Both the position numbers and the translations under genes were made by a program. Shown here one piece after another: positions 1 through 8,292 of a stretch of 48,802 bases of DNA. The notes beneath the pieces are model-generated. The model had not been told where the DNA came from, searched no databases, and saw only the letters and a program-made list of their open reading frames with translations. Positions within the stretch are counted from its first letter, which is position 1, and each line of letters starts with the position of its first letter. Source of the stretch: a virus; IMG/VR virus record IMGVR_UViG_3300045974_000160, positions 1 to 48,802 of that record. One strand, 5' to 3'.

Positions 1-127
1 CTGGCAAAGAATTTGTTTACATCGAAAGCGACAATGCCCACGGCTTAATCCTTTTCGGTGGCCTTTACCACTCCGGAAGCGGGCTTGTCTTGGTCAACAG
101 GCTCTAAACCGGTTTTGTTTTTGGCCC
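1..127. repeat. Terminal direct repeat identical to 48676-48802. The contig closes on itself, giving a unit length of 48675 bp.
   Basis: Read directly: ctggcaaagaatttgtttacatcgaaagcg...ggttttgtttttggccc occurs at both ends. Gene order is continuous across the junction: the stop of the 108-aa ORF lies 3 nt before the start of the 48267-48716 ORF. Confidence 0.9.
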
Positions 128-371
128 GGTCTCTGGCTTCGGCTTCGGTGTTCACGCGCTTTTCATGCGCGAAAACCAAGCCATTAACCACGGCGGGATT
201 ATCCTTGTATGCCGCAAGCCAAGCCTCAAACCACTCTTTTTCTACGCTTTCCGTGATTCCATGCCCACCGACAATAAAGGCGGAATTGGCCCCGTTTAGC
301 GTTACCCGCTTGCCCGCATAATCAAGATGCAAGCCGTTTGGAATTTTGCAACCGACTGATACTAATGGCAT
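45..371 (-). CDS. Hypothetical protein of the head/neck module (108 aa)
   Basis: ORF in the late operon between the capsid/HNH genes and the connector genes. No motif recognised. Confidence 0.6.
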   Translation of the reverse strand: MPLVSVGCKIPNGLHLDYAGKRVTLNGANSAFIVGGHGITESVEKEWFEAWLAAYKDNPAVVNGLVFAHEKRVNTEAEARDRAKNKTGLEPVDQDKPASGVVKATEKD

Positions 372-1081
372 AAATCCTCTAAAAGTTTGTTATGCTTCCT
401 TATGTTTTCAGAAGCGGTTATTATTCTAAGATTATAATGCACATGTAACCCGGATACTGTTTTACCTTTTAGAGGTATAATGTGGTCTACATGGTGAATT
501 ATTCCGGTTTCCTTTGTTAGCTTTGTTCTTTCCTTGTATATCTCTCTAATCTTTTCAATGTCGGCCCATGCTGGCGTTCGGTTTATCTTTCTACAGTGTT
601 TTGTTATTGATTGTTCTGTGCATTCACCGGGATGTTCTTTTCTCCATGCCTTCGCTCTTTCTCTTTCTTGTTCAGCATGTTTTTCCCTGTATATGGATTG
701 TTTATATTTTTCTTTTTCATTATTTTTATAATAATAGTTACGCTGGCATTCTCTGGCTTTTTCTATTCTTTCTTTTCTAGCTTGATTTCTATTTAAATTA
801 TATCTTTCCTTGTTTAGCAATCTTCTTTTCTTGCCATCGGCTATTCTTACTTCTTTATTTTCAGTGGTTTCTTTATCCATCCTTGATAAATAATATTTTC
901 TATTTTGTTCAGCCGATCTTTTTTGTGTCAAACAAAGTAATTTATTTTCATTCCATTCTTTATTTATGCACTCTTTGCATTTTGTTCTTACACCGTATTT
1001 TCCGCTAATTTTCTTTGCAAAGTTGTCAACGGTTTTTATTACTCCGCATTTCGCGCATTTCTTCTCATTCATAACAAGCAC
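362..1081 (-). CDS. Free-standing HNH endonuclease (239 aa), homing-endonuclease-like
   Basis: C-terminal HHVDHIIPLKGKTVSGLHVHYNLRIITASENIRKHNK is an HNH motif. N-terminal CAKCG...KCKEC is a zinc ribbon. It is a visibly AT-rich insert between the capsid and neck genes. Confidence 0.85.
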   Translation of the reverse strand: MLVMNEKKCAKCGVIKTVDNFAKKISGKYGVRTKCKECINKEWNENKLLCLTQKRSAEQNRKYYLSRMDKETTENKEVRIADGKKRRLLNKERYNLNRNQARKERIEKARECQRNYYYKNNEKEKYKQSIYREKHAEQERERAKAWRKEHPGECTEQSITKHCRKINRTPAWADIEKIREIYKERTKLTKETGIIHHVDHIIPLKGKTVSGLHVHYNLRIITASENIRKHNKLLEDLCH

Positions 1082-1186
1082 CAGTTTTGCTTTCAGTATT
1101 TGGAAACATGCGGCAAACCTTACTGAAGGGCTTTTCGGATGGCCGTCCTAGCCGCATGTAATTTTGTTTTCGCCTACATTATAGCA

Positions 1187-2239
1187 TTAAACGCCATACA
1201 TAGAGCTTATAGCCACAGGCCGCTTGATGATAGCCCCCCATGCGCCCTGACTCTTCTTCTGTTTCCAGCTTGACAAACCCGTGACGACCGGATGCGCCCG
1301 CATTTTATCGGTGAAAGCGCAATAGCCTGTTTTGATACCGTCCACTTCCTCAACGATCAATTGCAGCAATTGCGCATTGCCCGTGCCAGCGGTCGAGTAT
1401 TCAACAGCGGATTCGATGGTCAAATTAGGGAAGTTTTTCTTTAACTGATCCGACACATTGACGTTATACTGGTTAGTTTTCGTCAAGTTCGTTTCAATTT
1501 CCGGCGACATACAAAGCTTCATTCGCGCTTCGCGGTCGATAATCCCTTTCAACTGCGTTTGCAACTGGGTATAAAGCAACTGGATGTCGCCATATACTGC
1601 CGCGCCGTCTTTGGTACTCCAAAGCGTACCGCTGCCCGTGCCGGTAGTGCCGGGAGTAATCGAAGCGGGCAGGGAAGGATCATTCAGAAGGCCATAATTG
1701 ATAAGGCCGGAAACGCCGAAGAAGTAGATTTTGTTCTGAACCTTGGATAATACCAGCGCACTAGCCACGTTTAGATTTGCGGCATGGTCGATTTTACCCG
1801 CGCCATACATCGCCAATTCCTGTTCGCCCCATTGTGTGATGGTTTGATAATGGTATGACTCACGGGGAATCCAGTTGTAGTTACTGCCAGTGCTGCCATT
1901 TTCGGAGAAATCGCCGTAACTGGAAACCTCGCCAGTCGATTCGGCAATAGGGAATTGCGCGGTCTTTTTTGTCCAATCGCCTTCCTTTTTCTCGCCAAGA
2001 ATCTTTGCAGCCTTCATCGGCGTGACCAATACCCGGACTAATTCAGGGTCAAGCCAGTTTGCCAGATAAGCGGGAATGCCCGCGTTTGATACGGTAATCA
2101 GCGACGGCTGCGCGTCAACAGCCATGCCAAAGTCGTTGGAGAATTGCTTGTCAATCGCGCCGCGCACATCCGGGATATGGATACCGTATTCCCGCTCGGC
2201 TTTGCGCAAATCAGCCATGAATTTTGCTTGGTCTAACAT
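1187..2239 (-). CDS. Major capsid protein (350 aa, DUF2184-like / HK97-fold family)
   Basis: Size and position after the scaffold and decoration-like genes. The sequence resembles the DUF2184 capsid family from memory; not searched. Confidence 0.75.
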   Translation of the reverse strand: MLDQAKFMADLRKAEREYGIHIPDVRGAIDKQFSNDFGMAVDAQPSLITVSNAGIPAYLANWLDPELVRVLVTPMKAAKILGEKKEGDWTKKTAQFPIAESTGEVSSYGDFSENGSTGSNYNWIPRESYHYQTITQWGEQELAMYGAGKIDHAANLNVASALVLSKVQNKIYFFGVSGLINYGLLNDPSLPASITPGTTGTGSGTLWSTKDGAAVYGDIQLLYTQLQTQLKGIIDREARMKLCMSPEIETNLTKTNQYNVNVSDQLKKNFPNLTIESAVEYSTAGTGNAQLLQLIVEEVDGIKTGYCAFTDKMRAHPVVTGLSSWKQKKSQGAWGAIIKRPVAISSMYGV

Positions 2240-2265
2240 TTGTATATCCCTCTAGGGGTAATGTG

Positions 2266-2281
2266 CGCGTCTCACGACGCG
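2266..2281 (-). promoter_or_regulatory. Leader hairpin CGCGUC-GUGA-GACGCG (GNRA loop) upstream of the capsid gene
   Basis: Plus strand cgcgtc tcac gacgcg. Related hairpins lie upstream of three other late genes (3077-3088, 37354-37365, 46786-46797). Confidence 0.5.
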
Positions 2282-2290
2282 GATTAGTTT

Positions 2291-2315
2291 AAAACCCCCG
2301 GAATAAACACGGGGG
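2291..2315 (-). terminator. Intrinsic-terminator-like hairpin between the decoration-like gene and the capsid gene
   Basis: Minus sense CCCCCG-tgtttattc-CGGGGG followed by TTTT. Confidence 0.45.
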
Positions 2316-2323
2316 ATAGGGAA

Positions 2324-3025
2324 TTAACCCCAGCTTGAAATCTTCGCCAGTTCGCCAGCCGCCGCCGTGCTGCGCACAGTAAAGCCGGTTTCGACGGCGG
2401 TCGTAGCCGTGCCAGTGCTGCCGGTATGTGTGCCTGTAGCCGCCGCGCTAATGATGTAGGTTCCTGCCCCGCCTGTACCCGTGCCGAGTGCCGTAATATA
2501 CGCTCCTGCCGGAATGTCGGTTCCGCTAACCGGCTGGCCTATGCCTAGCACCATGCCGGTATTGACCGCCGTGACCGTGATCGTGGTGGACGTGGCAGAG
2601 TTGAAAGTGAATGTATTGGTGGGCGCGGTAGCCGTTGCTGCGGCGCTCAAACTGCCGTCGAGAAGGTTAGCGTAGACTTTCTGGCCGATGGTCGCGCCGC
2701 CTGCAAACCTTCCCCAAAAATCGCCTTGGATGAACGCGGTGACGGCCATGCCTGCGGGGATGACAAGCGAATCGCCATCTAGCCAAGCTGTGATAAGCGC
2801 TTGCGCGTCGCGATGGATGAATCCGATTTGCGATGATGCTTGCCAGAAGCTTTTGGCTACGCCAGCCGCCGCCCATGCGAATCGGCCAACAATCACGCCA
2901 AGCGAACCGGCAACTAATGCGCCCTCGCCAGCAAGCATCGAAGCCCGCGGATTTGCGCTTGCAAAATCGCCTTCTACGGCGGGAGCAAGGTATTGATTGA
3001 TGGTTTTTTGAAATGTATCGGTCAT
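2324..3025 (-). CDS. Head decoration / structural cement-like protein (233 aa)
   Basis: Position between the scaffold-like gene and the capsid gene. Ala/Gly/Thr-rich. The assignment is positional. Confidence 0.45.
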   Translation of the reverse strand: MTDTFQKTINQYLAPAVEGDFASANPRASMLAGEGALVAGSLGVIVGRFAWAAAGVAKSFWQASSQIGFIHRDAQALITAWLDGDSLVIPAGMAVTAFIQGDFWGRFAGGATIGQKVYANLLDGSLSAAATATAPTNTFTFNSATSTTITVTAVNTGMVLGIGQPVSGTDIPAGAYITALGTGTGGAGTYIISAAATGTHTGSTGTATTAVETGFTVRSTAAAGELAKISSWG

Positions 3026-3093
3026 TTGTGAATCCTGCTAGTGCGGAAAGACAACGCTATCACAGCGATGTCGGAACGCCTCACGGCGAGTTT
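3026..3093 (-). promoter_or_regulatory. Conserved late leader element, copy A
   Basis: Shares cggaacgcctcacggcgagttt (22/22) and gtcattt-tgaatcctgctag with 46738-46802. Contains a CGCC-GUGA-GGCG hairpin and an AGGA Shine-Dalgarno. Confidence 0.6.
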
Positions 3094-3111
3094 TTAGGCC
3101 ATGCAGGCCGG

Positions 3112-4299
3112 TTACAATGTCCGCACAAGCGGAGGGACTGTACCAATAATTTCAGAAAACACGCCGGAAGCGCTGGAATCCTGCGCGATTCGCGCCGGTT
3201 TGGATTCGTTCGGATTCGGCAGATTGCGCACTATGGCCCGGTAAGCAGAAGCTGGCACGTCGGCAAGATCCACTTTCGCGGCGTCAAGGGCGAGCTTGTA
3301 GACGGCTTCCGCGCTATCCAAGCCCGATACTTCGCCGACAAACGGCGCAACTTCTTTTTCAGCTTGCCGGATGGCGTTCAGCGTTGCGATGGTCGCGGCT
3401 TTAGTTTCTTCGCGAGCTTTTGCGATGGCTGCGTCCACGGCGATTTGATCCATGGCGGGTTTCTCTTTGTCGGGCTTGTGGATGGTTGGGTTTTTGGATT
3501 CCTCGGCCTTTTCGCCATCTTCAAGCTTTTTCAGCCGTTTTTCGTAATCCTCGTCGGATTCGTCCTCGGCTTGCTTTGGCTTTGCGCAAGCGTCATTCGC
3601 CAGCGTTTGCAGATATTCGAGTTCGGCGGCATGATCCGTTCCGAGCTTGCCTTTAATGTCGTCGATTGCCGCCGACAATGCGGCGCGTCTGGCTTTCGGA
3701 GTGTTGGGTATTGACATTGTTTTATGCTTGTTTTGTTTAATTAAAATTGCATGATCTTTTACGACCACATCCGGCCCGGCGCGTCCACGCTCCACAAGCG
3801 CCACATGATTCGCGGTAATATCCCGCATTATACCATCGTATGCCATGCCGTTGTATGTTCCCGGCGTCATATCTGCGCGGTATCGGTAGCCGCAAGATAT
3901 TTCCTTTAATTGTCCGCTTTCGATTCCTGCGATGGCTTCTGCGTCATGCACGACTAGCGAATTATTAAGGTATGTCCCGTCGAATGCGCTATCTGTTCCA
4001 AGGCTTCCAATTACCTTATCACGTTGGAATCCATCGGCGCTTAAAGCCTTTTCCGGGTGAGTAAGCGTTATCGGCATATTGTTGAAAGTTGCCGCGCCTT
4101 TCTTGAGTTCATCAGGATGGCGCAATAGGTTATAAACCTTGTCCGCGTCAAGTCCAAGAGCCTCGTAATTGGGTATTTCACGACCGTAGTAAGGGTTTAC
4201 AGTTGCTTTCGATATATGCGAAATGGCAACGTGCAAAAACCCGTTTGCGTCTTTATGCCGGGCCGATTTGTCTAGGGCTAATAGTTCAGTCATCATCAA
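3112..4299 (-). CDS. Prohead scaffold/protease-like protein (395 aa, DUF2213-like)
   Basis: The N-terminal domain resembles the DUF2213 family. The C-terminal half is charged and Ala-rich (coiled-coil-like). It lies between the Mu F-like and capsid genes. Confidence 0.6.
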   Translation of the reverse strand: MMMTELLALDKSARHKDANGFLHVAISHISKATVNPYYGREIPNYEALGLDADKVYNLLRHPDELKKGAATFNNMPITLTHPEKALSADGFQRDKVIGSLGTDSAFDGTYLNNSLVVHDAEAIAGIESGQLKEISCGYRYRADMTPGTYNGMAYDGIMRDITANHVALVERGRAGPDVVVKDHAILIKQNKHKTMSIPNTPKARRAALSAAIDDIKGKLGTDHAAELEYLQTLANDACAKPKQAEDESDEDYEKRLKKLEDGEKAEESKNPTIHKPDKEKPAMDQIAVDAAIAKAREETKAATIATLNAIRQAEKEVAPFVGEVSGLDSAEAVYKLALDAAKVDLADVPASAYRAIVRNLPNPNESKPARIAQDSSASGVFSEIIGTVPPLVRTL

Positions 4300-5098
4300 A
4301 AGCCGGAATTATACCTCTGTCAATACAGCCGCAATTTATCTCTGTTCCCGGCCATACCCATTTACCCTCAAGATAGCATCCCTCCGCAACCTTAAACCGC
4401 CGCTTTTCATCCCCTGCTTTTAGATGTTCCGGCCTAGGCTTTGCCGCTGAATGCGTATGAATCCATATGGCCTCGGTTATCCCTAGTTCAAGCTGCCGAG
4501 TACGCCGGAAAACCGCCGTGGCTTTGTTGTTCTGATCTCGCACAATTAACGCCGCCCTGCGTTGCGAAATTTTCATTTCATTTTTAATATCAATCGTGGC
4601 TTGCTTCATGTCCCTGCCTGCCATTGCCGACTGATTAACTATCGACGTGACGCGGTTTAGCAACTGCGTAGGCACGTTGCGGATTAGCGCAATGTTTTCA
4701 TTGATAGTCAAATCAAAGGCTTCCTTCATGCCTTTTGTAGCCTGAAACTTAACAGAAAAACCCGCCTCGCGCAAGATGTTTTTCATGGCTATGTCATTAT
4801 AATTTTTAACCTCTTGCGCGAACCATTCCGCTAGTTTTTTCGATCCTTTGTCAAACCGTTTAAGCCACTTCCGGCCTAGCTTTTGCATGGTTTCTAGCAA
4901 GTCATCGGCTATGCCATCTTGCGCTAGTTCCATCGGCGCGTAGACTTTCGCCAGTTCCTGTAGAATATCCTCGCCCATGGCGGTTAGCTCGGCCTGTAGC
5001 CGTCTATTGTATTCCGCCCTAATTCCCGCGTTTGGATATGGCCCCGGATTTAGTAATATTTCTTTGCCGGTTGGGGAGCGTAGGCGAGTTTTTTTCAT
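4286..5098 (-). CDS. Head morphogenesis protein, SPP1 gp7 / Mu F family (270 aa)
   Basis: C-terminal region IVRDQNNKATAVFRRTRQLELGITEAIWIHTHSAAKPRPEHL...GTEINCGC is typical of the family. Confidence 0.8.
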   Translation of the reverse strand: MKKTRLRSPTGKEILLNPGPYPNAGIRAEYNRRLQAELTAMGEDILQELAKVYAPMELAQDGIADDLLETMQKLGRKWLKRFDKGSKKLAEWFAQEVKNYNDIAMKNILREAGFSVKFQATKGMKEAFDLTINENIALIRNVPTQLLNRVTSIVNQSAMAGRDMKQATIDIKNEMKISQRRAALIVRDQNNKATAVFRRTRQLELGITEAIWIHTHSAAKPRPEHLKAGDEKRRFKVAEGCYLEGKWVWPGTEINCGCIDRGIIPAFDDD

Positions 5099-5196
5099 GC
5101 GTGGATTAGTTCCTGAGTTACTCGTCCGCCGCTCAGGATCGGATACTTGACGGAACGATTCACAAGACGATTTTTATCGCCCAAGGTCACTCGCAT
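5095..5196 (-). CDS. Small ORF (33 aa) coupled to the Mu F-like gene
   Basis: MRVTLGDKNRLVNRSVKYPILSGGRVTQELIHA. Its stop overlaps the next start as ATGA. Below the ORF-track cutoff. Confidence 0.3.
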   Translation of the reverse strand: MRVTLGDKNRLVNRSVKYPILSGGRVTQELIHA

Positions 5197-5237
5197 AATT
5201 TGCAAGAGGAAATTAAATCTTTTTATCATATGCAGGT

Positions 5238-5639
5238 TTAAAAACGGGTATAGTGGCTAATCAAGGCTTCTGCCTCAACTAAATCAGGATGTTCCCCAAT
5301 GTCCGCCCGCATTTCCGCAATATTGTTTTCCGCTTCCTCAAATCTGGCATTTTCAATCGCGTCAAAAATGCAATCAAGTCTATAGTTGATATTATTATTG
5401 CGTACAGGCTCGTCTAGGTTTTGAAGGCTTGCGGAATCACATAAAACAATCAATGCAAGCCGCTGCAATGGCGACAAAGGCAAATCGGCAACGACATTAG
5501 TGTTAAGTTCGCCTAAGCATTTATCGACAAATTCAGAATTGAAATATTCATTATTCAAATGAAGCCTAGTTATAGGCAGTAATCCTTTCGGATTTAGCGC
5601 GTCTTTTATCTTTTGCGTAATATCATTGTCTATTTTCAT
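5238..5639 (-). CDS. Hypothetical protein (133 aa)
   Basis: ORF overlapping the endolysin stop (coupled). No TM segment and no motif. Confidence 0.55.
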   Translation of the reverse strand: MKIDNDITQKIKDALNPKGLLPITRLHLNNEYFNSEFVDKCLGELNTNVVADLPLSPLQRLALIVLCDSASLQNLDEPVRNNNINYRLDCIFDAIENARFEEAENNIAEMRADIGEHPDLVEAEALISHYTRF

Positions 5640-6268
5640 TTCAATGCCTTATAAAGCTTGCGGAACTGATTAACCCTATCCTGAAATCCATTATGCCCGC
5701 CATTAACTGTTAGCGTGATAGCGTCAACAATGGTGTCACTGTCGCCTTTGTCGGCTAATTGATTAAGTTTGTTTTTATCCCAAAACCAAGCCGCCGATAA
5801 CAAGTGGTATTCCGTAGATACCTTATCAGGATCACTTAAAACATCAACTCCAATTGATTTGCCAAATTCAGCGTAATTGTTTTTACCTGTCAACTGAATA
5901 AAACCACGTCCGCGATATTTCCAGCCGTCTTTGCTGGCTTCGTCGCCATTGCCCATGCGGTTGGCATATACGCGACTTGCAATTTTTTCTGGATTCCGGG
6001 CATAGGCTTTAGCCGATGCTTCGCTGAAATACTTAGGAAAAACTTGCAAAAGTCTTTCGGCAGAGTAGTTTAAATTTTCCACTGTTAGCTTAAATCCGCC
6101 GCTTTCATGGCTGCATTGTGCCAAGAAATGCGCAAGCCTAATTGGCGAATTGATCTTAAAACGATCCTCGCAGATGCTGATTTGCGAGATGACGGAATCA
6201 GGTATCAAGCTTTTAAGGTTATCTATTTTAATGTTTGTGACCATCGTTTTCGTGAATATCCCGCTCAA
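5636..6268 (-). CDS. Endolysin, glycoside hydrolase family 19 (chitinase-like)
   Basis: LAQCSHESGGF and YRGRGFIQLTGKNNY are GH19 signatures. The track start is TTG at 6268; the ATG at 6244 (MVTNIK) is the more likely start. Confidence 0.85.
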   Translation of the reverse strand: MSGIFTKTMVTNIKIDNLKSLIPDSVISQISICEDRFKINSPIRLAHFLAQCSHESGGFKLTVENLNYSAERLLQVFPKYFSEASAKAYARNPEKIASRVYANRMGNGDEASKDGWKYRGRGFIQLTGKNNYAEFGKSIGVDVLSDPDKVSTEYHLLSAAWFWDKNKLNQLADKGDSDTIVDAITLTVNGGHNGFQDRVNQFRKLYKALK

Positions 6269-6365
6269 TCATATAATGCTCGTCGTGAATTTGCACGGTC
6301 ATTATATGATGAACGCAGTAGGCTATGCCGGATAGGCATATAGCATAGTATAAAAAATCAGTCAT
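6228..6365 (-). CDS. Small membrane protein (45 aa), holin-class candidate
   Basis: MTDFLYYAICLSGIAYCVHHIMTVQIHDEHYMIERDIHENDGHKH has one hydrophobic segment. It overlaps both neighbouring genes and lies directly upstream of the endolysin. Confidence 0.35.
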   Translation of the reverse strand: MTDFLYYAICLSGIAYCVHHIMTVQIHDEHYMIERDIHENDGHKH

Positions 6366-6453
6366 ATTTATTTGTATCGAAATATGACCAAATTGCCACG
6401 CCAAGCCCTAAACAAGCGGCTATAAATGTTATCGTATAAATTACCGTTGTCAT
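6358..6453 (-). CDS. Small membrane protein (31 aa)
   Basis: MTTVIYTITFIAACLGLGVAIWSYFDTNKYD has one TM segment. ATGA overlap with the upstream gene. Confidence 0.35.
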   Translation of the reverse strand: MTTVIYTITFIAACLGLGVAIWSYFDTNKYD

Positions 6454-6719
6454 TTTTTGCAACCATCTAATTCTATTGCGTCTTTTCGCTTGGAATCCGC
6501 AATCGTCTGCCATTGCATATTACGCCAAACATCCGGCCCACCGCAAGCAATTGGCCGGATATGATCCACGATATAGCCCTTTTGATAGCATGTACCCGGC
6601 CCATTTGATGGACATGGATAGCGGGCAATGAACATAGCCCGCTGGCTGCTGTCTCGTTGTTCGTAGGCATTTGCGAATGTGGCGAAAGCGAATGCTAGTA
6701 TGAATATTGCGTGTTTCAT
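6450..6719 (-). CDS. Secreted small HNH-motif protein (89 aa from ATG 6719)
   Basis: Signal-peptide-like MKHAIFILAFAFATFANA, then GYIVDHIRPIACGGPDVWRNMQWQTIADSKRKD (HNH-type motif). The start overlaps the portal stop (ATGA). Confidence 0.65.
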   Translation of the reverse strand: MKHAIFILAFAFATFANAYEQRDSSQRAMFIARYPCPSNGPGTCYQKGYIVDHIRPIACGGPDVWRNMQWQTIADSKRKDAIELDGCKK

Positions 6720-8290
6720 GGCTCTTTCCACCCATGGACTTGCTTTAACGCCTCTTCAATTTCAACTGCCCGAGACCTTGGCAACATGGCATAATCCTTC
6801 GCAGTTTCCTCGCCATCGTCTTCATCATCCGGCCCCGTAATCTCCCGATTAACCTCTAGCCCCTGATAATCAGATTCAGGGTCATTTGCAATGCGTTGGC
6901 GAGCTTCATCCGGGGCGATAACGCCATTATTGATATTAACCGCGTCAGTGTCGGCCTTGACTTTTTCAATGTCGGCCTTTTCCTTTGGCGTCATTTCGTC
7001 AAGGCTTACAAAGTCAAACGTAATATCGTCGTCAATTTCGCCCCATAGATTTAGCCCGATGACTTGGAAAACCTTTTCCAAATTGGCACGAAATAACACG
7101 TCTTGCATGGCTGTGACATACTCATGCCAAACTTTAATCTCACCCTCGCTAGTGGCGTTCAGCCCGCTTGGCGTGGTTCCGAACATGTATATCAACGGCT
7201 CCTTGGCAACTGTCGCCATCATTTCTTGGGATTGTGCTTGGAGCTTGTCAAGTCCATTTAGTGGCGTGTTGAATTGAAAAAATTCCTCCCTGTCTTTATC
7301 CATAATGAACAGCCCGCGATTATCCCGCATGGCATTATAAAGCCGTGCGCGGTTTTCCATTTCCTGCGCCATACCGGGCTGCAACAATGCTTCCAAGTCG
7401 GTTTTAATGCCTGATACGCTGTAGCTGTGGATAATATCCGAAACGCTATCCCTTGTGCGTAAGAAATTATTAACGTATTGCTCGGCAAGCTGCGACAGGC
7501 TTAATCCGCCAAAATTATAAGACGCCTTCAATAAATCAGGCAGTGGACGCGATATGAATAGCAATAGCCGCGTATCGTGTACATCCTTGCCCATAACATA
7601 CCACCGGCTAGGCTTGTACCAGTCTTTGTCTAGCGGATTGCTTGAATTGTATTGGTTTGGATATGTCCAGACAGGTTCAACTAACTTTAATCGAACTAAT
7701 GATCCTTTTTTAATCTTCGCCTTATCAAGTATAAGCGGGAGTTTTAATTCTTCTTCATCATCGCTTGCTAGTACGCCGGACGGTGTTTTGACTTCGATAT
7801 ATATTTGCCCGCGCCCGTAGAATCCATCCATTTCAGCCGCGTATTTGAATAAATCGCGCACATTAAAATCCTTTAGCGCCTGTTCCATTTCGCTAACGCG
7901 GTCAGTTTTATCCTTGTCGCCTTTAGATTCAACATTAATCCATTTACGCACCATGTGCTGCGCAATGTCTTCGCTGATTTTGCGGAATTCAGGCTGTTGC
8001 GACAACAAGGCAAGATAAGGGTATCCCTTGAATGATACCCCGGCATATGTCGCATTAACGTAATTATACGGGGTTTCATCCATCGCAAGCGCGGCCTTGC
8101 GCTTGGCTTCGGGTATCACGCCTTTTGGCGGAACATAAGGCACAATCTCGGCAGACGGCTTTTTATGCTCAAGAATAGCCAGCAATTCTTGAGTTATTAC
8201 CCATTTCTTAATCTCTTTGGCAATTGGATTAAGAATTGGCGCAATCATTGATTTAACGGCGGATTTTGTCTTAGACTTAAAAGGCCACAT
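6716..8290 (-). CDS. Portal protein (524 aa, DUF1073-like)
   Basis: Size and position immediately after the large terminase, with an acidic C-terminus. Confidence 0.8.
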   Translation of the reverse strand: MWPFKSKTKSAVKSMIAPILNPIAKEIKKWVITQELLAILEHKKPSAEIVPYVPPKGVIPEAKRKAALAMDETPYNYVNATYAGVSFKGYPYLALLSQQPEFRKISEDIAQHMVRKWINVESKGDKDKTDRVSEMEQALKDFNVRDLFKYAAEMDGFYGRGQIYIEVKTPSGVLASDDEEELKLPLILDKAKIKKGSLVRLKLVEPVWTYPNQYNSSNPLDKDWYKPSRWYVMGKDVHDTRLLLFISRPLPDLLKASYNFGGLSLSQLAEQYVNNFLRTRDSVSDIIHSYSVSGIKTDLEALLQPGMAQEMENRARLYNAMRDNRGLFIMDKDREEFFQFNTPLNGLDKLQAQSQEMMATVAKEPLIYMFGTTPSGLNATSEGEIKVWHEYVTAMQDVLFRANLEKVFQVIGLNLWGEIDDDITFDFVSLDEMTPKEKADIEKVKADTDAVNINNGVIAPDEARQRIANDPESDYQGLEVNREITGPDDEDDGEETAKDYAMLPRSRAVEIEEALKQVHGWKEP

Positions 8291-8292
8291 GA

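Noticed and set aside
3013-3714. Long plus-strand ORFs antisense to structural genes. Examples: 3013-3714, 2688-2996, 13806-14222, 14801-15253, 43619-44113, 45907-46272.
   Set aside because: These are shadow ORFs on the opposite strand of GC-rich, clearly coding late genes. Their translations are Pro/Arg/Ala-rich and low in complexity, with no ribosome-binding sites.
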